A DNA stretch of 64,000 nt. Origin: Octopus sinensis (taxonomy: Eukaryota). The notes beneath the pieces are model-generated. The model was not told the DNA's origin. It made no database searches and was given only the letters and a program-made list of their open reading frames with translations. Made by a program: the position numbers and the translations under genes. The stretch covers positions 310,001 to 374,000 of the forward strand of contig NW_021831989.1 in NCBI RefSeq assembly GCF_006345805.1, read 5' to 3'. Below, piece after piece: positions 35,467 to 49,363 of this stretch (within the stretch, counting starts at the first letter, position 1; each line of letters begins with the position of its first letter).

Positions 35467-37404
35467 TTAAAATTTAGCATCTTTGGCAATCCATTGAAAT
35501 CGAGGCTCGTTCCGGCAATCTTCAAAAACAACCTCTTTCCCATCCAGTGAAATGGCCAGGCACTTATCCGAGCTTGGACTGACGATAGTTTTGTCCTACT
35601 CATTAAATCCGACGACAGACAGTTCTAAGCTCCAAATTCTGGTTCCCACCACCTCCATGGCATTCCTCCATTCGGGGATTTACATAGCCGATATCAACAC
35701 ACATTTCATCTCCCCTCAGTTCCCCCAAATTAGACAAAAACCACAACAAAAAATATATTCAAACGTCAAACCTGATTTCCCTGAGAACCATGACAATAAT
35801 ACAATCTGAGAGGTCCCGCTTCGGGAGGCTTCTCAAGGCATAAATCAAACATGACATTCCTGATCTGTTCAATTATACCAATTCTAGACAACCTCCCCAT
35901 AAATGACCGATTTTTCAGGATTAAACATCGAAGGATAAACATTGTTTAAATACCACTCAAAAGAATGGCATTTTAGTCTTTTTCTAATCTCCAATCGTTC
36001 AGAAATATCTCCATAATCCAAATTCTACTTTTTGTATAAAAAACTGACCTGTTTTTGCCCCAAATTACCTAAATAGTACTTTTTGTATTCGTCCAGCCAT
36101 GTATTGGCCAGTCTAAGATTGTTGATTGTATACACGTCTCGATCAGGTCTCCATTGATAGGGACTCTGAGATCGGAAAATGTGGCCGACCATCGAACAGG
36201 GGCTTACATAAAGGGATCCATGACACATCCAGTTCTACACATATCAAATGCCCACAATACCCGAAACGAAATCTCCAAATTCTCAGCTCCCCAAATATCC
36301 ATCCCCGGGTCATATTTCCCAATTTCAATAAAACGTTCCCTCATAATGGCAAATAGCCCTCCAGCAATCGTAGGAGTCCTATCACTTCATTTTACTCAAA
36401 CACCGAATTGGATCCGCACTCGACTCCCTTCCAATCAAATCAGCCGCTTGTGGAACGTGCCAAGTAAAGACCAAATTCCAAGTAAACCCTCCAACCTGAA
36501 CTCCGTGTGGACTGGGAATAAACGACAGCGTTTGGTCGCTGATTGCGATTATATTCGGGGCCACAATGGTCGATTTGTCTTTACTGACTAAACTCAACAA
36601 CGGAAGTATCCATCCTACCAATATCTCAGTCTCCGGTACCTTCAGTGGCCTCACAGTGAGAGTCCAGGAATATCAGGACCTCCCCAGTGGCCTTATCAGC
36701 TCCAAACAACCTTGCCTTTATAAGCCCTACTCGATCCTCAGTCCTCAAAATCCGAACTTTTCCCCGAAATGCCAAATCCACATATTCCTGCAGAGATTCT
36801 TTTAAAAAATCTAAAAATAAGCAAAAAATGTAACCATAAGTGCTTCCGTCGTCGACTAGAATAATTTCATGTACCAACACCAGAGGGGACCTGTCCAAAA
36901 CAGAGTAGACTGTCCTCAACAACGTGGAAAGAGCCTCGTTGTGGAAGCAAATAATTATGCTGGCAGTTGGCAGGTCTGAAATTGGATAAACAATATCTTT
37001 GCATCTATACAGTCATAAAAGGGGGGTTACTCTTGTAATCTGTTGTCGGGGATTCTTCTTAGAAGGGAAATTCGGTCACTGGCATACTGGTTGAAGGAAT
37101 TCATTTTGAATCCCCGGTCGTATTCTTCTTGATCTTGTGGGGATAAATTATCTCGTTCAATTGGAAAAGATTCTCCATTTTCGCCTGGGGTTAAAAATTT
37201 ATTGTAACCGAATGAAAAATCTGAAACGACGTAATTTATTAATTCGTGGCCTTCAACTACTGGTGGGGGGACTTTTGTAAATATGAATTTGGCTTCTTTT
37301 GGAGAATTTTTGTTATTTGTATTGTAAATAACATTTAAATATATAATTATAAGCACTAATATAAATAACAGGACTGTGTGTCTGCGGTATCTAAGTCGGA
37401 GCAT
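35467..37404 (-). CDS. GALNT: Polypeptide N-acetylgalactosaminyltransferase
   Basis: Type II TM anchor, [28 protein letters not shown] (DXH), [19 protein letters not shown] and a C-terminal ricin-type lectin domain; about 25-nt introns. The paralog is not resolved. Confidence 0.96.
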
Positions 37405-37665
37405 CGGATTAGTAACACGTATTCTTTTTATTTAAATATTTGTTTATTCAATTTTAATAGAAATTATATTTATAGATAAATTTATAATAAAATAATTTTA
37501 TTTTTTAAATAGAAGAAAATATAGAAATCATAGACAACCGAAAAAAAATAAAACTGAAACGGTCTCCAATCAATCATTATATTTTTAATAGGAATTATTT
37601 TTTTAATATTAATGACAAATTAATATACTTTTAATATATTTAAATAATTAACAAAAAATAGATTA
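37405..37665. promoter_or_regulatory. Probable bidirectional promoter (GALNT / CCDC93)
   Basis: 261-bp AT-rich spacer between divergent ATGs; inferred from position only. Confidence 0.45.
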
Positions 37666-39564
37666 ATGGACGTGGACAATGTTAAGTCCTTCGACGAGAT
37701 GATCCAGTTGCTCGTAGCGGCTGGATATTTTCGAGCTCGTGTCTCATTCTACAGCGATTTTGACCGAGTAATACTGAAATTATTGAAATAAAGATTGTCG
37801 GTGGAATTGTCTGGTGTATTCTCAATTCCTCTGTCGCTATAAAAAACGATTTACTATTCCAACGAAACCTCATGATAAAACAAAAAATGTTTCTCTCACT
37901 TTTAAGATCATTTTAGTGCTTTGAGTGAGTCAATTGTAGCCGCTCTCCTACAATTGAAGTGTCCCCATCTCATCGAGCCTCACCAAATTCACGGAATGGA
38001 TCTCATCAAAATATTCCCAGTTGTTCAGGTTTTTGTTATAAAACACCAATTTAGTGGCTGGTAAAAACCGCCATGCAATTCCGAGATCGAACATCCCTAG
38101 CAATGAGGGACATTGCCCTGAATTATCAATCTGAGCCTTTTAAAGTACATTTTAATAACTTTTATCATAAAAAGATTCAAAAATCAACCAAAAAATGGCT
38201 TGATTTAAGAACTAATGTACAGCACTCTTTACGGCAAGTAGAAAGTTCAAGAACACTTCCACTCGATGTGCGACTCCGCCTTACTTTGAAAGAATATTCC
38301 ACGGAAAATAAAATTAATCGAGACAAATCGACCGTTGAGAGCAATATTGGTGGAGAAGATGAGAATTTTGTACAATTACCGCCTTCTGCTGTATTTTATA
38401 TCCATCAAAGTTAAGACTGCCTCTTTGTCGACTGTTTCCGAGTTTGTATTTCAACATTCGGAGGCCATAAAGGCCGTTTCTGACGAATTTGTTGGGAGGA
38501 AATCAGAAATTGAGGATTTAAGGAGCACCAGTGTCCAGAATACCAATCTCTGGACGTGGATGCCCTAAATGAGCGACGTAGCCTGCTTAGTGATCAAACA
38601 GAGGAACTGACCTTACAAATAAACGAGGTATTCCTCATTTTGAACTCAGATTTCCAAAAAACTACAAAAATGTCAATATGAATGTGAAGAATTGAAAGAA
38701 TCAAAGTACGTGGACAAGCTTGTAGTGTAGAAAAGACGTGGCAGAATTACTATCAGTCCAAAAAGACGTGGATGACCTAAACGAGTCGATTAAGCAGTTT
38801 AAAATGAAGTGCAGTGAAGAGGCCAGAATAATCTCCCAGGAGACACTCAGAATAAAGCAAGAAACAGAACACCACGCACTGGTGAGGCAACAAAATGAAG
38901 AAAACGTGGACAAATTGAGACGTCTTCTTGTATTTTATGGCATGTGAGTAGACAGGCCAAGAAGACACGTCATGTGATGCTTTTGGAGCGAAAAATAGAT
39001 CAGCAAATGTGTCAAGGAGAACTCAATCAGTACTCCATTAGATTTATGGAGTTGGAAGATGAAAGTGTCCTTGTTTTATCATTTTATTAGTGGGTTCGTC
39101 TTTTAGAGACACCACACAAATACTCCTGGTCAAGAACACAAACATTTCTTTGTTGGAAAGTATAAAAAACGAGGTTTTGTTGTTTTGATATCTTTTTGTA
39201 GACACAGGTTATCGAGTCTATAATTGCGTCTATTAAAGGGCAGTTGTCGGTGGTTATTTGTAGGGGACTTAAAAATGCGTCGGCACGTGCGTTTTTTGCA
39301 GACGAGCTAAAAAAAGTGTGCGAATTTGTGCAAAATGTGTTTAAAAAAGTTGTCATTTTTGCTAAAAATTGTAGGCTTCTGCGGGGGTTGAGTCACAGAC
39401 AGCCCTCAAGGAAGAGTCCACCAAAAGATTTTTGAGTCTTCTTGAGGATGATAAGAATTATAGAATTGTGCTCAAGAGATTTTCAGATGTATTCCTGGCT
39501 TTTTAGTCTGCAGGAATGTGTACGGAATTCTAAACTTAAGGCAAAGTTGTCTACACGTGACTAA
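37666..39564 (+). CDS. CCDC93: Coiled-coil domain-containing protein 93 (CCC/Commander complex)
   Basis: [50 protein letters not shown], then a long coiled coil. Some 3' exon boundaries are approximate. Confidence 0.93.
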
Positions 39565-40101
39565 ATTTTATTTTGATTTCTAATTTTTTTGAAATAACGA
39601 ATTTTAAAGTCACCGAACGTTGAAATATAAACTCGGAACAGTTGACACTTAATAAATTGTAATGTAATCAATGAGAATTTTGAATACAAAGTCGATGCGA
39701 CCAGATTTGTAGTTTAAAGGTTTGGAAGAAAATCTGGATCTAGTTTTTTTCGTTTTCGTGGTGTAGAAACATAAAATCTAATTAAGATGGAACTAGGTTG
39801 ATTTTATGACGCTACTATCATAAGTTTAATTAATTTTTGGTACAGTATACAAAGTTCTATGAAACTTATTTTTTATTTTATACTGATTAAAACCTCTGTA
39901 TTGCATTTGGTATTGGAACAAAGAAAAAGACTTGACCGTTATTTTTAGTTAGTCAGAAAAAATTTATGAAGAAAGCATTTAGGAATATGAAACTAACTTA
40001 TTATTTACACATAAAAACAATCGCCGAAACTTTGTGAGTTTTATGATTCATTCAAGTTTCTTTATTAATCAGTTATTTGAATAGAATTAGTAAGGAAATT
40101 G

Positions 40102-42405
40102 TTAATTGTCAAGATTTTCCTTTTCTTCATTATTGTCACTATTTTCTGCTTCCTCTTCTCGATGTTGCTCTCCGTTTATAATGTTCGTATCATTAACTTC
40201 AATGTTGTTCTCATCTTCAATTTCTGGTTGTATTTCATCTTTGTTATCATTTTCTACTTCCTGAGAAGAATTAACGTCTTCGTTTTTCACATCTTCAGCT
40301 ATAAATAGTGAACTAGCCTTACCGTCCTCTTCCGCATTATCAACTATAATTAACTTTATTTAATCTTACCACTTTCTACACCCTCTTCATCATTCTTAAT
40401 ATATTGCAAATATTCGTTAAATTCAGTTACATCTTTAGTATAAAATATTCCATTAAATCCGTCAATTTCTCCAAACAGCGCTCGTATACTTGCGAATTAT
40501 TTTTATTTAGAAAACCTATTGGGTTCACTGCGCTTTGCCTCCTCCGAATTATCTGGTCCTGCTAAAACATTCAGATTATTAATTGCATCAATTTTATTAA
40601 CAAGAATACACGTCAAACTAAAACATTATAAAATTTAAATTAAACTTTGCCATTTGTTCAATAAATTCATCAGTAATATTATTCCCGAACAGAGTTTTTA
40701 AAAGTTTTTTACTTGGATGAAATCCAAAATTTTCCTCGACATTAAAATTTTGTTCATTTAGTTTATTAGTTATTTTTTCTATATTATAAATAGAACTCTA
40801 AACCTTCGTTCGAATCTGCTTTTATTATAACTAATGAGCGTTGAATTGGGAAAAAATATTCAATTTCCTTATTTGCTTCGGCAGCTGAATTAGATCCGTG
40901 GATTAAATTTATAGGAACATTTGTAAGTTTAAATTTCGCACGTAAACTATAAATTTGTTCACTAAAATAAACCTATCTGGATCAGATATTTCTGCATCAA
41001 TTTTCGGCCCTAAAAGTTCCCTCCATTCAGAAACAGAGTTATTTTTCTCCAGAATAAGCACCAATGAGACTCCTGAAGTCATTCGGTCAATGAGTGTTGA
41101 AAAATGGTCCATATTTCGTTGTTCAGAGTAGAAATCTTCGGCCTGATTTCGTGAGAGTTGTATTTCTTTCGATGATATTATTTTAAATCCTCTTTCCTCG
41201 ATACTGTTAAGAATATTTTCAAAAAATAAATTATATTTATTAAACCTCTGAAGTTACTAACACCGTCTGGTCTAATAAGTGCAAGAGTTTGTTCATTTGT
41301 CAAACACGCGTCTAATTCTAAATTTGGAAACAAAAATTCGATTTCTCTCTTTGCCTCATCCTCATTGAAACTTGCATGAATTCCGTTTATAAGTTTACTT
41401 TTCCCATAATTAGCACGAATGCTGTCATTGGTTTATGTCGATTTTACCTGCTTGGTGCAAATTCTTTGGCTTCTTCTACGTTTTTTGGACCTATCATAGT
41501 TCTAAAATCTTCGATAAAATTAATTGAAGATTTCTTCGAAATTGCGAGAATGCAACTTTTTCCACTGCAAACATATTCCAAAATGTCGTTAAAATAATCC
41601 TAAGATGAAAGAATAAAGTAAACTTCGTTTTCTAAATGTTTGTATAATTCGCGGGCTTCTTCCTCAGTCAATTCACGGTCTTCGCGTTTCAGGATTTCAA
41701 TTCCAGAATTTTTCATCTAAAAATTGATTATTTTATCAAATTACAATTTCAATTATTTCCTCCACCTTATTTTGAGCCACGATGTCCGGCTTGATGATTG
41801 CCACAGCGGCAAGTCTATTTACAGTCTCTTAACGATTGTTTAAAAATTTTAAACTTTGAGACGGTTTAGTTTGAAAAACATCGTCTGTCTTGATATTACT
41901 ACAGTTAGGATCGACGATCTAAGTCTATTTATATTAAAATAACTTCGACACGAACGGCATCCCCTTTAAGCACTCGATGTTCTTTTTCTAATTGATCTAA
42001 TATCATTTTTGAGAGAACTGGGACATCTGCTCCTCGTTGTTGTGCTACAAGCACACCGCTCTAATTTATTTTAGTTTTTTAAAACAACAGCATAAAATAA
42101 AAAGCATGGCTGGCATCTTCCCCTATAGTTAATGAGAGAATCAATGTTATCCGATTTGGCCTAATTTGAATTATTTTATTTAACCACTGCAAAATGTAAT
42201 AGGTCGTCTCCTAGTTCGTTTTTTATTTTTTTAAAAATGCTTTCAATGGCGATACAGGGTTTGCACCAATCTTGATAGACATCAACGACTAATAAGATTT
42301 TGAGATAACACAGAAACCGCATAATCCTTCTCTTGACAACATTGAATTCCAATCGTCTTGGTTGTCAATTAAAAATCTCAACTGGACTTCTTTCTTCCTT
42401 GCCAT
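40102..42405 (-). CDS. NME8: Thioredoxin plus NDP-kinase domain protein (NME8/TXNDC3 or NME9-like; outer dynein arm component)
   Basis: MARKKEVQL..IDNQDDW, VVDVYQDWCKPC, NDK-like repeats (AIIKPD; MTSG.SLVLIL..NSVSEWRELLGP) and an acidic tail. Confidence 0.88.
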
Positions 42406-42879
42406 TTTATTTTTCCAAGGAAACAATAATTATATTGAAGTTTTATATAAAATTAATAATTCAAGTTTATATTATGTTAATTGTTCCACATTTAAGCACT
42501 CGTTAAGTCACCATTTCTTTATTAAATAAACTAGTCTATCTAATTAAATACCGAGCCCTTGGAGTGAACACAGGCTGGCACTCCGCATAAATCTTTTCTT
42601 TTTTCTAGCTCTGTAAACCTAAGAGAAAGTACATTAAAGCGCCTAAATGTCAGGAAAAAACTGCATCAGCGCTTTGAAAAGTACAGTAGTTACCCCCCGC
42701 ACTATTCTTACGCTTTCCTAAACTAAAATTTAGTTTTTGTATACAGCAATTTATCAAGAAATAAACTCTTTAATTAAAAAATATCTCAAATTTAGTAGAT
42801 GATCTAGTTAACATAAAATATTAAGAAACCAAAAAAAATGTTAAAAATAATCCAATAACCCAAATTTTAATCTAATTAT

Positions 42880-43800
42880 CATTTTTGAAATATTTCTTCA
42901 GTCCATCAAAAGTCGGCTTAAAAGTGGCCTCCCCAGGGTTCCAATTAGCAGGACATACTTCGAATGTTTACTCTAACAAAAACCTTCCCCATTCTTGTCA
43001 AAAGATTGAAATGCTTTCACCAATCTTAGCGTTTCGTCAACACTCCGACCCACTGAAAGATCATTCACAGTAATTTGGCAAACAATTCCTTCTCGATTTA
43101 TTATAAAAAGTGCTCTAATTATTATAAAATAGCCTCCCTAATACCTAGAAGAATTTCCGTCCTCCCTGAGAATTACATATGACTTACTTATGGACTGACT
43201 TCTATCAGATAACATTGGGATGCTTATTTTCCCCAATCCTCCAGAGGTAATTGGAGTTTGCAAAAATAGTGTCTCAAATGTCTTGATTTGGAAGAGGGAA
43301 GTTCTAATATTTATCTTATCATTTATGCAGATGATGTGCTCATAAAGGACATGTCTTGGAGATTGGAGAATTCACAACGTAGACTTCTTAAACTAGTTTC
43401 TAGAATCAGCACAGTTAAATATCAAAGAAAAAAAGTGAGAGACAAGCTGATAGTTTAATATCAGAATTTGTTCGGATTCAGAGTCTCCGTTATCTTGGAA
43501 TAGTTTTAACAGCAATGGGGAAAAAAATCAGCGGATCCATATTGAAAAAAGAAGACAACAAGAAGAGTTTGATTCACTTTGACTTGAACAACGATACGCT
43601 TGTTTATATCTACAATAGTGTGATCGAACCAAGACTTTTACATGAATAAGGAATATGGATGTTCTCCGATGAAAATCATCAGATTATTGACAGTTTGACA
43701 AAAAAGTATGATATGAAGTTAGCCTTCAAGCCTAGAGTGTATATTCCGCTTAGTGATTTGACTGAGACGATCGGCGCTTTGATTGAACAGGAAATAAAGA
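42880..43800 (+). mobile_element. Highly degraded Jockey-like RT remnant
   Basis: GLPQGS-like, IYADDVLI and LRYLG fragments with many stops. Confidence 0.55.
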
Positions 43801-44639
43801 TCTGCAACAATGACAGATAGTTAGAAGTTTTTTGAAACGGTCAACAATGCGAAAAGTTTCACAACAAAACCGTTGCCTAAACCACATAACTTGTTTTCGT
43901 TTTCTCGATTTTGTGTTCAATAAAAACATTCATTCATCCATAATCAAAGTAAAACATATTGATTTATTTATTAGTATACTTTTCTGTATTTTGTTCAGTT
44001 GAATTGGATCAAATTTATTTTTAATTCCGGTTTCTTTTTTAATTCCGGACTAAACTAAAAACTTTAAAATGTTAAAAAACTCAATCAGATTTTATTTTAA
44101 ATTTTATCAGATTATTCTTTTTTCTGCAATATGTTTCTGTAAATTTATCATCCAACATCAATGAGGACAACAAAAATGTTGGTTTTGAAAAATGCCACTA
44201 GGTATCCTCTTCATTCATGTAATGTAGTACACCTTGTGTGTTATTTGTTCGTCATTTAATTTATCTTGATCTTTTTTAAATACGAACGAACACAAAAGCG
44301 AATTTTGCATTATCAATGATTTTTGTCGAATGAATTGGTTTAGCTTTCAATTTTTGAATTTAAAAAATATAAATACTAAACATACAGTAATAGAAATGTG
44401 CTAGTTTATTTACAGAAATGAAAAAAGTTACATTCCAAAATATTTCTTTATTGCGTCTTTTGACTGAATCGCTGGTTAATATTTTTCAGAAGAGGAAAAA
44501 TAAAATTTTGATCAATTAAGACTGTTGAAAATTATTTTGGTTACTAAAAACAAGAATTTAAAAAAAACTTTTTTTAAAAAAAAGATCATGTGTCATATTT
44601 TTCTTTTCGAATCATGATATAAGTGTAATTTTAAAAGTC

Positions 44640-45480
44640 ACTGGCTGGCCAAAAGCAATAACTCCCCACAGTCTGAAGGCTTATTCTGTCTCGTGCAAGA
44701 TAGAAATTTATTCTTTGCGAAACATAACTCAATGTGTTTTCACTGCATGAGATGGAAGAAGACCGTCGATCACTGTGATGTGAGAAGATGTTACATGGGG
44801 ATTATGTCAGGAGGCACGATGAAGTAGTGAGATGCATCCACTTTCATTTTTGTCGAGAGTTTGGACTCAATAATGATAAAAATACTCAAAACACATTTGG
44901 TAGAATCTGTATCGTCAAATGAGAAAGTTGAAATCAGAGTGAACACATTTATAAAGACCGACATCGTCGTGGAACATAACAAGCCTGATTTGTTTGTTTT
45001 CGACAAGATAAGGAATCAAATTTTGTTGGTGGAAGTTGGGATAACATCTTTACAAAACTTACAACAAGTGGAGATCGATAAAATGAGGAAGTATGACCTT
45101 CTATCTAAAGAGCTGGAATTAATCTATCATGCGAAAGTGAAAATAGTACCCATTGTATTAACATGGGATGGGCTGGTTACTCTAAAATTTCTACAATATG
45201 CACGTTCGCTTAACATCAGTAAGAGAACGCATGCATACATTCAATTACTCACTATAAAAAACCCTTGAAAGCATAATTGTTTCTTATAGAAACAGAGTTT
45301 AACCATGGGAAAGAACACTTGAACTGGACAAGAGAATAAGCGAAATTTATCACAAATTAGTATGTTTAAACATCGTCCCTGCTTGTCAGTATTTCGAAGG
45401 GAAAGAAGAGGGCTTGCCTATTTGTATCACTTTGCGAATAGAGGATGTAGCGACTAGAAGTTTAATTAATTAATATCTTG
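44640..45480 (+). mobile_element. R4-like LINE 3' end with a restriction-like endonuclease domain
   Basis: Zinc-knuckle remnant, RRHDEVVRCIH, HNKPDLFVFD..ILLVEVGIT..KMRKYD (PD-(D/E)xK-like) and IVPIVLTWDG. Confidence 0.85.
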
Positions 45481-45742
45481 ATTTTAATTTGATAAAGTTT
45501 TTAATTCCCCGAAAAAATAATAATTTTGAAGCTTTTTGTCAATTTATTTAGATTTGATAATTGAAGTTCTTTTTAACTAGATTTTCACAAGTGTAACTTG
45601 AAAGGCAAAAATGATACATAATCCAACCTTTCATTGAAATGATTATTTTAAAGATAAAACAAAACTGATAAATTTATAACGTTAAAATAATTTAAAAGTA
45701 AATTAATTTAAGAATTAGTTTAAATTAGTTGTATTAAAGTAA

Positions 45743-46050
45743 TTAACATTTATTGCACGTTTTTTGGCAGTTTTCATCCATAAAATTGGAAAATGATAAA
45801 TTATTGCAAAAATCTCTCAGTTCAATACATTTTTTATGTTTATCTTGACAACAGATACCGCATGATTTTTTACAGAGATGACGTGTGATAACTCCTTGAG
45901 TTCCTTCGTCGTTACAATATCCCAACATTGCATTTTTTGCACAATAATCTTTTTTATCTTCGCACACTTTAAATAAAATTAACATATAAAATAACTATAT
46001 TTGTTTGTATTTTTGATTTTCAGTATGAATAGTAATGCTAAACAAATCAT
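45743..46050 (-). CDS. Small secreted protein with two ShKT domains (about 92 aa)
   Basis: Hydrophobic leader MICLALLFIL, a 29-nt intron (45967-45995), then CEDKKDYC..C..CKKSCGIC and CQDKHKKC..C..CQKTCNKC (six Cys each). Confidence 0.9.
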
Positions 46051-46924
46051 TTCTAATTCGGAGCACGCAAATCTAATTTATTATAATAATTTTTTCTGAG
46101 GTCAAATTGCTCATTAAAATGATTACCTAAAAATTATTAGCTAATTGTATTGCGTATTTTTTGAAATATCTCTAAAGACCTAATTGACTACTTTATTTAA
46201 TAAATAAACTAATTAATCAAATATTGAGTTTCAAGTAAACAGCAAGTGGCACTCCCTTCTAACAACTTTGTCTTCAAACTTCCTAAAAAGTGACGCTTTC
46301 ACCTTAGTCAATCTCAGGAGAGCACTGGATCGCGAGTATCTAACGAGATACTCTTTTGAATACTATAAAATAACATACTACATATTTGCATAAAGTCTAA
46401 TTAAAGGAAATCCAATTTGTTTATCAGGCGCTGTAATTCCAACTTAATTAATTATTTTTTGCAGTTTTTGCTAAAAAGTCTGTATACAAAGGATGACATA
46501 GTATTAAGATTGTATCTGTAATTGTTTGTTTAAAAAAGGTCATTGGTTCTTTTCTCAACTTCCACGATTTATAAGTTTTGAACAAGGACAGACATTATTA
46601 AATATTTGGATTTGCAAAGAGCAAAATAGAAAGGACTTTCAAGCGGAAAATATTAATCAAGATTTTTTCACTTTTGCAAGTAGCAATACTCATTCCGAAA
46701 CTAATGATGAAGAGCAGAATGTGACGGAAAAAAGATGTAGTTCAAAGATATTTTGTACTTTTCGCACGCTATGCTTTGTCCCCAGCGTACCCAAAGGATG
46801 AGATGACGTTCGAGGACATATCCGGGTATTTCGCAACGCAAACAAGTAACTTGATTTAGCGGAACGGAAAGCACATATATTTAGAGCAAAATAGAAATGA
46901 AAAAATAAAGTTTAAATTTATATA

Positions 46925-47981
46925 CAGTAAAACCTCTGGTGCTCGCCACCTCTGTTACTCGCCACCTCTATTGCTCGCCACATATTTTCCAAAAAATTAA
47001 AAATTTCTAATATATTTTGATAAATATTCTATTGCTCGCCATTTTCTAAATCTCGCCATTAATTTTTAAAAATATTTTTTTGGTTAAACTATTTTTTATA
47101 TAAAATATTTGGATGACTAAGCAAGTTCAAGATACGGAACAACTTAAAATTGAGAACTTTACATGGAAAATCAGGATCTACTGCATTTGATCAGAAACAA
47201 GAAATTGATGCATTTACTTCTTTGATCTCTGCAAAGATTTAACAATATAATGCTGAAAACATTTATAACGCTGATGAAACTGGGATTTTTTAAAAATCTA
47301 TCCCTTCAAAAAGTGGACATAAAATCCTTAAAGAACGGTTTAATTTTTGTTCGAAGGTAGATTACCTTAATATTTATTTTTTAGATTTTCTTTGTTGCTA
47401 TGTTCAAATATATATGACTGGGACGGACCAAAAAATTCCACTAATGATTGGAAAGTTCCAGAAACCTCGCTGCTTTAAAAATTTTAAAGTCGAAAATTTT
47501 GTCGATTACTGTCATTCACCAAAAGCATGGATGACAAGTTAAATTTTTAACGAATGGCTTTTAACATGGGATAGGCATCTAAAAAAACGAAAAATTCTTT
47601 TAGTTGTGGATCGATGCCCATCCCATAAACTTGACGCTGATTTAGAGTCAATTGAAGTTCTTTACCTACCTTCGAAGACTAAAACAATTCTACAACCAAT
47701 GGATCAAGGAATCATTAGATCCTTCAAAGGACATTTTAATAAACTTAAATTTGAGTTTATGTTAGAAAAAATTGAAAATGGAGAAAATACACTCGAAGCT
47801 CATAAAAATTAACCTTAAAAGACTTGGAAGGCTCACTTATGATCGGAAAGTATCGAAAACCGAGATGTTTTCAAAATTTCAAAGTCACAAAAATTATTGA
47901 TTATTTCCATTGCTCGCCAAATTCTATTGCTCGCCATTTTTTCTTCGGTCCCGAAAATGGCGAGCACCAGAGGTTTTACTG
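46925..47981 (+). mobile_element. Tigger/pogo DNA transposon, internally deleted
   Basis: TIRs CAGTAAAACCTCTGGTGCTCGCCA, TA TSD, repeated CTCGCCA subterminal motifs; IYNADETG, KAWMT, LLVVDRCPSH and LQPMDQGII; one probable intron near 47331-47377. Confidence 0.93.
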
Positions 47982-48069
47982 TAAATAGATAATATAAGAG
48001 AAGGGATCAACAAAAAGGATTATTACTAAAACATAGAATTGGAATTCGTTTTCCATTCAAAACTTTCTA

Positions 48070-48968
48070 ACTATATAGAATAGAATAGTGTTTATTGAGC
48101 AAAAAGAAAAACAAAAACAAAAACAAGGAAGAAATCATCGGCGGGGAGATAAAAACAAGGCACCGAAGTGTCTCTTTCCATGCGTATCCCCAATACTAGT
48201 CATGTTTGACGACAATTCTCCAAGACCATCCGGATCGTGGGCACAGAGGATTCTTGTGAGTCTTTTAACCTTCCGTCAAGTTGTACTCCGTAAGCCAATT
48301 TCATAGCGAAACGTCTTGTCTTTTCCAACTGTTCGATCAGGTAGTCACTCTCCTCCGTACCGTACCAGCCCTCGTAGACATATGTGAGGACTGGCTGCAC
48401 ACACATTTTGTATACGTAGATGTACGTTTCCGGATCCAGATGGAACCTGGTTAAGCTTTTGAGGATCCTCACACTCCTCTTTCTCTGATTTGCTATATGC
48501 TCTACGTACGAGCCACGACAGTTGATGGTTGCTCCCAGGTAAGAAAGATTTTTGCTTTTCGGGAGATCCATCACATAGCTACTCATCGCATATGCACACG
48601 ACTCCGCATAGCGACTCCCTCTCCGCAACCATGAAATGGTGCTCTTCTCCGGTGCTAGGGTCAAACCCTTCTCTATAGTCCACATCTTTAGCGTTGCAAT
48701 GTATGATTTCAGTCGTCTCCAAGACTGCGATATTTTTTTCGAGGTATCCATGACCAGGATATTGTCAGCATAGATAACGAGCTTGCCAGTACGTGTCGAC
48801 GGCAGAGGAATGTCCGCCAAGAAGAGGTTGAACAGAAGTGGACTCAAGATAGATCCCTGCGGGACTCCCCTTCTAAGTTCCACACACCCCGATAGGCGGT
48901 TTCCACAGCGGACAAATGATTGTCTTCCTGACAAGAAGCTCTCCAGCCATCGATAGGTCTTTATCCCT
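48070..48968 (-). mobile_element. Jockey-like LINE, 5'-truncated
   Basis: GVPQGSILSPLLFN, IYADN and YLGA; 3' UTR ending AATAAACACTATTCTATTCTA; same family as 10.6 kb and 62-63 kb. Confidence 0.92.
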
Positions 48969-49056
48969 TTCTAACTATTTTAATAAATAAAAAAATAATA
49001 ATTTATCAATTGTTAACTTTATTTTAATAAGAAAATACTAATCTTACAAACAAAAA

Positions 49057-49129
49057 CGACCACGATGGGATTCGAACCCACAATCTTCTGGTTCGAAGCC
49101 AGACGCCTTATCCGTTAGGCCACGCGGCC
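49057..49129 (-). tRNA. tRNA-Arg (anticodon TCG)
   Basis: GGCCGCGTGGCCTAACGGATAAGGCG-TCTGG-CTTCGAA-CCAGA-...GGTTCGAATCC; cloverleaf with A and B boxes, followed by a T5 terminator. Confidence 0.97.
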
Positions 49130-49363
49130 TTTGATTTCCAATCTATATCTTGAAAATATATACAAATATGACTATACAGTTGAATATTATATAATTGAAG
49201 ATGGCAAACTAAACAAATATTAACAGATTATAGAAAGAAGAGAATGGGAGTTAAATTGTTTGTGGTTTCTGAACATTATATTTTATCTGTGAAAAAAATA
49301 AGTAACTTTCATATTTTAAATACTACAAAGTTAGTTTTTTTAATTTAATAATTAAATTATTTT

